Source: Candidatus Heimdallarchaeota archaeon (GTDB lineage: Archaea; Asgardarchaeota; Heimdallarchaeia; Heimdallarchaeales; Heimdallarchaeaceae). Taken from it: 64,000 bases of DNA. The notes under the pieces were generated by a model. The model was not told where the DNA came from. It saw nothing but the letters and a program-made list of their open reading frames with translations, and made no database searches. The stretch spans positions 352,001 to 416,000 of the forward strand of contig JAUVXV010000001.1 of assembly GCA_030603365.1 (NCBI GenBank). The letters run 5' to 3'. This document shows, in pieces, positions 59,074-64,000 of the stretch. Each line of letters opens with the position of its first letter. Positions within the stretch are counted from its first letter, which is position 1. Position numbers and translations under genes: made by a program.

Positions 59074-59787
59074 TTACGTTTCTTCTTCTACAACTTTTCT
59101 ATTTGATTTTGTTGGAACTTCTTCTTCCCATTCTTCATCAAAAGACCATTGTGACAGAGAAATAGTAAATGAAGAATCTTCTTTACCAGGACATTCAATT
59201 CTTATAGTAAGCTGATCCTTAGAAATTTCTTCAATTTCAGGATGTAAACAGTTTTCTTCAAGAATATCCATAAGCGCAGCTACGTAGGTGTTTGAAATCG
59301 TATTGATACTCTCTTCCTGGATTTTAAGTCCAACCTCTCCTAATTTATAACATGTTTTACGGCCGTCGCTAAATTTTTCAACTAAATTAGCTTGTATCAT
59401 CCTATCTGCATGATGTCTAACTGTATCATGATGAATACTTAATGACTTTGCAATTACAGTTTGATGAGAGCCTTCATTATTCAAAATATAAGCAAAAATC
59501 TTTCTTGCTGTTACATGTTTCAAAACAACAAACGCTTTCTCAACATCTTCATCTCTTAAAGTCCTTGAATAATAGACCCGTTTGCCCACGAATTTTGTAG
59601 TCTTTATTAAATTCGCTTCTTCTAACTTCCTCAGATGCCAGTTAATTGTACCATGCGGGGCAGTCAAAGCGCTAGATAATTCAAAAAAATATGCACCAGG
59701 GGTCTCACAGACAAGACGGTAAATCTCACGGCGTAATGGATGAAGAAGCAAAGTGAGACGTTTTTCCTTTACTCTCCTTCGAACCAA
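59074..59787 (-). CDS. Tandem winged-HTH (ArsR-like) transcription regulator
   Basis: LLHPLRREIY..PG..F.EL..GTINWHLRKLEE; second HTH HDTVRHH; TTG start after GGAG. Confidence 0.85.
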   Translation of the reverse strand: MVRRRVKEKRLTLLLHPLRREIYRLVCETPGAYFFELSSALTAPHGTINWHLRKLEEANLIKTTKFVGKRVYYSRTLRDEDVEKAFVVLKHVTARKIFAYILNNEGSHQTVIAKSLSIHHDTVRHHADRMIQANLVEKFSDGRKTCYKLGEVGLKIQEESINTISNTYVAALMDILEENCLHPEIEEISKDQLTIRIECPGKEDSSFTISLSQWSFDEEWEEEVPTKSNRKVVEEET

Positions 59788-59802
59788 AAAAGGTTCGCTC
59801 CT

Positions 59803-60231
59803 TTAAACTGTTAGAGTATCAACCTCTACGCTTGATACTCCTTCGATGCGCTCAAGTTCATCCTTGATTTGATCAATACTGACTTCTTTAAGCTCATCTG
59901 AGTCAATATAACCTTCATACACACAAGCACTTTGTGTGAAACACAAACCAGTACTGTACAGTGTTTTAATACCGAGTCTAATGAAAATAGAACCCATTTT
60001 ACGAAGGAAATCAGGAGATAATTTTCCGATATTAATGTTGATTTTTGCTACTTCATTAGTACTTGTAGGTATAATTCTAATGATTCTAGTATTCGGAGCA
60101 AGAATCAATACTGCAAAAGTTTTACCATCTGGTTTGAGAGCTGATAAGAATTCTTCTGGAAGTTCAATTGGCTTCTCAGCCTCTAACTTAACCATCTTTG
60201 CGATTGTAACAGATTGCTTTTCGCTGCTCAT
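59803..60231 (-). CDS. Putative AbrB-like + ACT-like regulator
   Basis: N-terminal VKLE..PIELPEEF..AL pattern; C-terminal ACT-like region ending IEGVSSVEV. Confidence 0.6.
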   Translation of the reverse strand: MSSEKQSVTIAKMVKLEAEKPIELPEEFLSALKPDGKTFAVLILAPNTRIIRIIPTSTNEVAKININIGKLSPDFLRKMGSIFIRLGIKTLYSTGLCFTQSACVYEGYIDSDELKEVSIDQIKDELERIEGVSSVEVDTLTV

Positions 60232-60270
60232 TTTCTTTTTTCTCCATCTATAACTATTATTGATTACTGT

Positions 60271-60290
60271 ATGTAATTACATTTATATAA
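60271..60290 (-). promoter_or_regulatory. TATA box with abutting 12-bp palindrome (candidate operator)
   Basis: TTATATAAA on the minus strand (60290-60282) next to ATGTAATTACAT (60271-60282). Confidence 0.5.
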
Positions 60291-60471
60291 CTATTTTGCC
60301 TTTCTTAAATACTTTACGCTACTGCGTGGTATATTTAGGTGTTTTATTTTATAAAATTAGATGATTATTTAACTAAATATTTGTTTTAAGATTGCGGTTT
60401 TAATGAGAATTTTTAACAATAAGTTTTAATAACACTCTCGCCCGTCTATCTTCAAACTTGAGGATGCAATA

Positions 60472-62157
60472 ATGAGCGAATCAGCAGTAGAAACATCTAA
60501 ACAAGAAGATGATGATTTATACACCATCCCTCACCCAAACCGATCTTTAATAGGCATTCTAATTTCAACCTTCTTTCTAAGAGTAGCTTTTGGAAGTACA
60601 ACTGTTCTTATGCCAGTTTTTATTTTCCAACATCTGAAAGACTTACCTGGATGGGGTGCTAGTATGGGTATTATTGTTGTAGAAATTACTTATGCAATAG
60701 CAGTGATTGTTAGTTCAGGATATTTTGGTTTTCGTTCCGACACATCAAATTCAAAAAGATGGATATTATTGGGAACAGCAGCTGGTGGAATGATATTAGC
60801 TGGATATGGTGTATGCGCTCTGAATTGGGAAGGGTGGATTGGAATTACTCCCTTGGTAAATGGTTTGTTAATTTTTGGAATGAGTATTTACCACTTCTTA
60901 CATGGACTTGCAGGTTCATGTAAAGTCAATGCATCTTATGGATATATCTCCCGATTTTCCGTGTATGAGACAAGAGCAACTCGAGTGGGTTTCTATAATG
61001 TCTCAGTTTCAGGGGGTCGAGCAGCAGGTGTTCTTCTTGCTGGTGTGCTGTATGATAGAATGGTGGGAGTAACTGAATCTACTGTTTACTCCTATACAAT
61101 AAGAAATCCAGGGAATGTAGTGAAGATTTTTGAACCAATTCCTGGCATAACAGAAATCGGTCAATCTTGGGTTCCAACCACGCCATATAATCTGGTCTAT
61201 ATCTATTTGTTATTTGGTTTTGCAATTCTAATATCTGCAGTAGTAGTATATTTTATGCTCGATAAAACAAGGCCTGTTGCAAAAGAAGAGAAATATAACA
61301 TTAAAAAAGAGCTCCTTACCTCTTGGAGACTAATTAAAGATAAAAGCAGAAGAGGTATCGTATTACCACTTCTTGGAACGGCATCAATAATAGGAATTCT
61401 CAATAATTGGGGCTATCTGGTACTTTCTATCGAATCTTCTCCTGGTGCAGCTAGTTGGACTACTGTTATCTTCACCTTAGTTTTGGGTGTTCCCATGGCA
61501 CTTTGGGGCTGGTTAGCAGATAAAATAGGTCGAAGGAAAACACTTTGGATAGGAGTCTCTGGTCTCTTATTGATGGCTGTGGCAATAGGCTTAGCTTTCT
61601 TTGGAAACTATCTTACTGGAGGTAAGTCTTGGACTGATCCTACTGCCAGTTTTGATCCTAGCGGTTTCGTGAAAAATACTTGGATATTGGTTCTACTTGT
61701 AATTTCACTTTTTATGGGGTCTGCTTATTTTCCTGCAATCAGTGGAAGATTAGGAGATAGTAGTTCTCTTGGAGTTACAGATGAAGAAGTAGATGAAACA
61801 GAAGAGCTTGAAAGAACTGCTGAATTTCATGGTGCTACAATGAGTATACAACAAACTATCATTTCTATAAGTGAAATTATAGGAATAGTATTGGGTGGTG
61901 TAGCTTTGATGATAGTATTTGCAATAGCTGGAACAAGAAATAATTTTGCCTACAATATGATTGGAATGATTATACCAATTCTATTACTACTTATCTTCAC
62001 AACTGTAGTCTCATTTATGTGGCCAGCTGAAGATGATTTCGTAGAAACCAGTCAAGTAAGAAGAAAAGAAAAAGCATCAAAAGATGATTCTGAAACAATA
62101 CTAAACAAAGCTTCTACTTTCATTAAAGGCAAATTTGGGAAGAGTAAAAAAGAATAA
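60472..62157 (+). CDS. MFS transporter
   Basis: 12-TM pattern, motif A GWLADKIGRRK and GFRSD. Confidence 0.85.
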   Translation: MSESAVETSKQEDDDLYTIPHPNRSLIGILISTFFLRVAFGSTTVLMPVFIFQHLKDLPGWGASMGIIVVEITYAIAVIVSSGYFGFRSDTSNSKRWILLGTAAGGMILAGYGVCALNWEGWIGITPLVNGLLIFGMSIYHFLHGLAGSCKVNASYGYISRFSVYETRATRVGFYNVSVSGGRAAGVLLAGVLYDRMVGVTESTVYSYTIRNPGNVVKIFEPIPGITEIGQSWVPTTPYNLVYIYLLFGFAILISAVVVYFMLDKTRPVAKEEKYNIKKELLTSWRLIKDKSRRGIVLPLLGTASIIGILNNWGYLVLSIESSPGAASWTTVIFTLVLGVPMALWGWLADKIGRRKTLWIGVSGLLLMAVAIGLAFFGNYLTGGKSWTDPTASFDPSGFVKNTWILVLLVISLFMGSAYFPAISGRLGDSSSLGVTDEEVDETEELERTAEFHGATMSIQQTIISISEIIGIVLGGVALMIVFAIAGTRNNFAYNMIGMIIPILLLLIFTTVVSFMWPAEDDFVETSQVRRKEKASKDDSETILNKASTFIKGKFGKSKKE

Positions 62158-62209
62158 AAAAGTGCTCTTACCCACACTTTTTTAACCTAGTATTTCTGGC
62201 AGTCATTCG

Positions 62210-63094
62210 ATGAAAAATACTTGGTTGTTTCTAAATCAGATGTCTTTTGATACCAATCTAGTAAATTCTAACACAACTGTAATAGTAGGTTTTTCTGGTT
62301 ATGGTTCAGTAGGTACTACAGTTCTTAATCATATCATAGAGAAACTAAGTGTTGAATCAATAGGATTTTGGGGAACACTAAGTTGGTTTCATAAAGGAGC
62401 TTTAGAAACTCCAATTACTATTTACAATCTAAAATTAAAATCAAAAGATGAAAAGGAAAATTTCATCTTAATAACATCTAGATTACCTATTCCAGTTGTT
62501 GGTTATAATGCTCTACCCGATGCATTCTGGAAATGGTTATCTCAAGAAATTCTCTCATGGAAAGCTAAACGATATGTAGTCGTTGGCGGTTTAAGAGAAG
62601 ATATTCGTAATTCTTCTGATGATTCATGGACAACTTTAATTCCTACAAGGAAATACTCAGAAATTTATGGGACTCAGAGAACTTTTAAAGATGATTTAAC
62701 AATAAAGGGACCAATAAGTTTCTTATTGACAGAGGGAACAGCCTTTAACCTTCCAATCCTTGGTATTCTATCATATTGTAATACTTATGATGTTGATTTA
62801 GATGCAGCTCTTATGGCTTTGAAAGACTTAGAAAAACAACTTGATTTAGATTTAGACTCTACAGAAATAAAGGAATTTGATTTTTCATTTCTAGATAACC
62901 AAGTAGAATTCTTTCAAGACGAATCAGAATTTGATGAAGATTTTGAGCCTGAGTATGAAGAAGATTATGGCGAAGAATTCGAAAGTTTTGATGCTGAAAA
63001 GGAGAATACTGAAGAAACAAAATTTTCTCGAGAAAAAACTTCTTCATTTCACTCAGATAGAACCAATAAAGATGATTTAAACAAATATAAGTGA
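62210..63094 (+). CDS. PAC2-family proteasome assembly chaperone
   Basis: VGFSGYGSVG, VVVGGL, KGPISFLL, DLDAA; acidic tail ending in KYK. Confidence 0.8.
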   Translation: MKNTWLFLNQMSFDTNLVNSNTTVIVGFSGYGSVGTTVLNHIIEKLSVESIGFWGTLSWFHKGALETPITIYNLKLKSKDEKENFILITSRLPIPVVGYNALPDAFWKWLSQEILSWKAKRYVVVGGLREDIRNSSDDSWTTLIPTRKYSEIYGTQRTFKDDLTIKGPISFLLTEGTAFNLPILGILSYCNTYDVDLDAALMALKDLEKQLDLDLDSTEIKEFDFSFLDNQVEFFQDESEFDEDFEPEYEEDYGEEFESFDAEKENTEETKFSREKTSSFHSDRTNKDDLNKYK

Positions 63095-64000
63095 TTATGA
63101 AACGATTTCTGTGTAATCATTAATTTCTTCTAAAGTAATTGCGTTAACAGGACATACATTTACACAAATCCCACAAGCTTTGCAGTAAGCTTTGATGACC
63201 TTTACTGTATCTCCTTCTTTGTGAATTGTTCCTTCAGGACAATGAAAGAAACATTGCAGACACTGGATGCATTTTTCTTGATCAACTATAGCTTTCTTGT
63301 GACTCCATACTCCTGTTATTCTTGAAACAGCTGCCCCTGGACCAATCATCTGACCTGATTCTAGTTTCATTTTTGGTATAATTGTTCCAACAGGTAAATC
63401 ATTAACAGTAGGTAACCACGTCTGTATTTTTGTATTATTTCCTCCCCCCTTAGTTTTCCCAAAAATGGTTTCCTCAAAAGCTATTCGTGCAGCTTCAACA
63501 TTCATCTTAGCCATTCTATCTCCCAAACGATCCCCAAAAACAGACATTATTCCTTTCTCTAAATCTTCAAAAGTGATGATTTCAGTGCTTTTGATCAAAG
63601 CTCCTAACATTGCACTATTAACAACAGGTTCTACTAAGAATTCCTTAGCTATTTTAGTAGCATCTACAACTGCTACTTTTGTAGGTTTAGATAGTTTGAT
63701 TTGATCGGGTTTCTTAGACGAGTTTAAAACCCCCATTCCTTTTGGTTTTAGACCTTGTGCTACATCAACCAATTCAAGAAGAGAATCATCTAAGACTACA
63801 ATAATATCTGGTTCGTAAATTTGAGTTCTTTTGTAAATTTTCTTATCATCAATTCGAGCAAATGCCAATACCAGAGCTCCTCTCCTCTCAGCGCCGAATG
63901 ATGGGATCGCTATAGCATGTTTTCCAGCATAAAATACAGCTTTAGTAAATGCTCTAGATGCTAATACAGAACCTGTTCCACCTCTGCCATGGAATCGGAT
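63095..64000 (-). CDS. 2-oxoacid:ferredoxin oxidoreductase gamma subunit fused to delta (ferredoxin) subunit; start lies beyond the window end
   Basis: Frame open to 64000: IRFHGRGG..SFGAERRGA; NSAMLGA; C-terminal CIQCLQC..CP and CKACGIC..CP. Confidence 0.88.
   Translation of the reverse strand: MRFHGRGGTGSVLASRAFTKAVFYAGKHAIAIPSFGAERRGALVLAFARIDDKKIYKRTQIYEPDIIVVLDDSLLELVDVAQGLKPKGMGVLNSSKKPDQIKLSKPTKVAVVDATKIAKEFLVEPVVNSAMLGALIKSTEIITFEDLEKGIMSVFGDRLGDRMAKMNVEAARIAFEETIFGKTKGGGNNTKIQTWLPTVNDLPVGTIIPKMKLESGQMIGPGAAVSRITGVWSHKKAIVDQEKCIQCLQCFFHCPEGTIHKEGDTVKVIKAYCKACGICVNVCPVNAITLEEINDYTEIVS

Noticed and set aside
583-63704. The many 60-130-aa ORFs nested in or antisense to long genes (e.g. 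583, 5654, 21582, 36160, 43106, 59936)
   Set aside because: They overlap well-supported CDSs and have no motifs; shadow ORFs
1-64000. tRNA, rRNA, CRISPR array, transposase or integrase, defence island
   Set aside because: No GC-rich cloverleaf, spaced repeat array or recombinase motif seen; intergenic gaps are all under ~250 bp

Overview
AT-rich, gene-dense archaeal DNA. The thermosome, archease/RtcB, PAC2, split ADP-forming acyl-CoA synthetases and TATA-type promoters show it is archaeal. The mix of V4R, TPR, C13 peptidase and CdvA-like proteins suggests an Asgard archaeon (probably Heimdallarchaeia), which is an inference. About 50 CDSs are present, and I saw no tRNA, rRNA, CRISPR array or transposase. 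Most genes are for amino-acid catabolism (two MIO ammonia-lyases, hutI, hutU, gcvT/H/PA/PB, tyrosine phenol-lyase, agmatinase, acdA/acdB, 2-oxoacid:ferredoxin oxidoreductase) or housekeeping. The best candidate for an undescribed system is a tightly coupled 10.6-kb MoxR-DUF58 operon (48407-58976). It lacks the usual vWA/transglutaminase partners and instead carries five unusual membrane or surface proteins, with an AbrB-ACT and a wHTH regulator upstream. Other notable items are a thioredoxin-V4R-V4R fusion, an 88-nt structured non-coding element after gcvPB, a membrane-anchored legumain/GPI8-family peptidase, a Zn-ribbon CdvA-like protein coupled to a degenerate MBL protein, a cryptic frameshifted zinc-ribbon gene, and a 17-bp direct repeat flanking speB. 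All calls come from motif recognition by eye; no database search was run.
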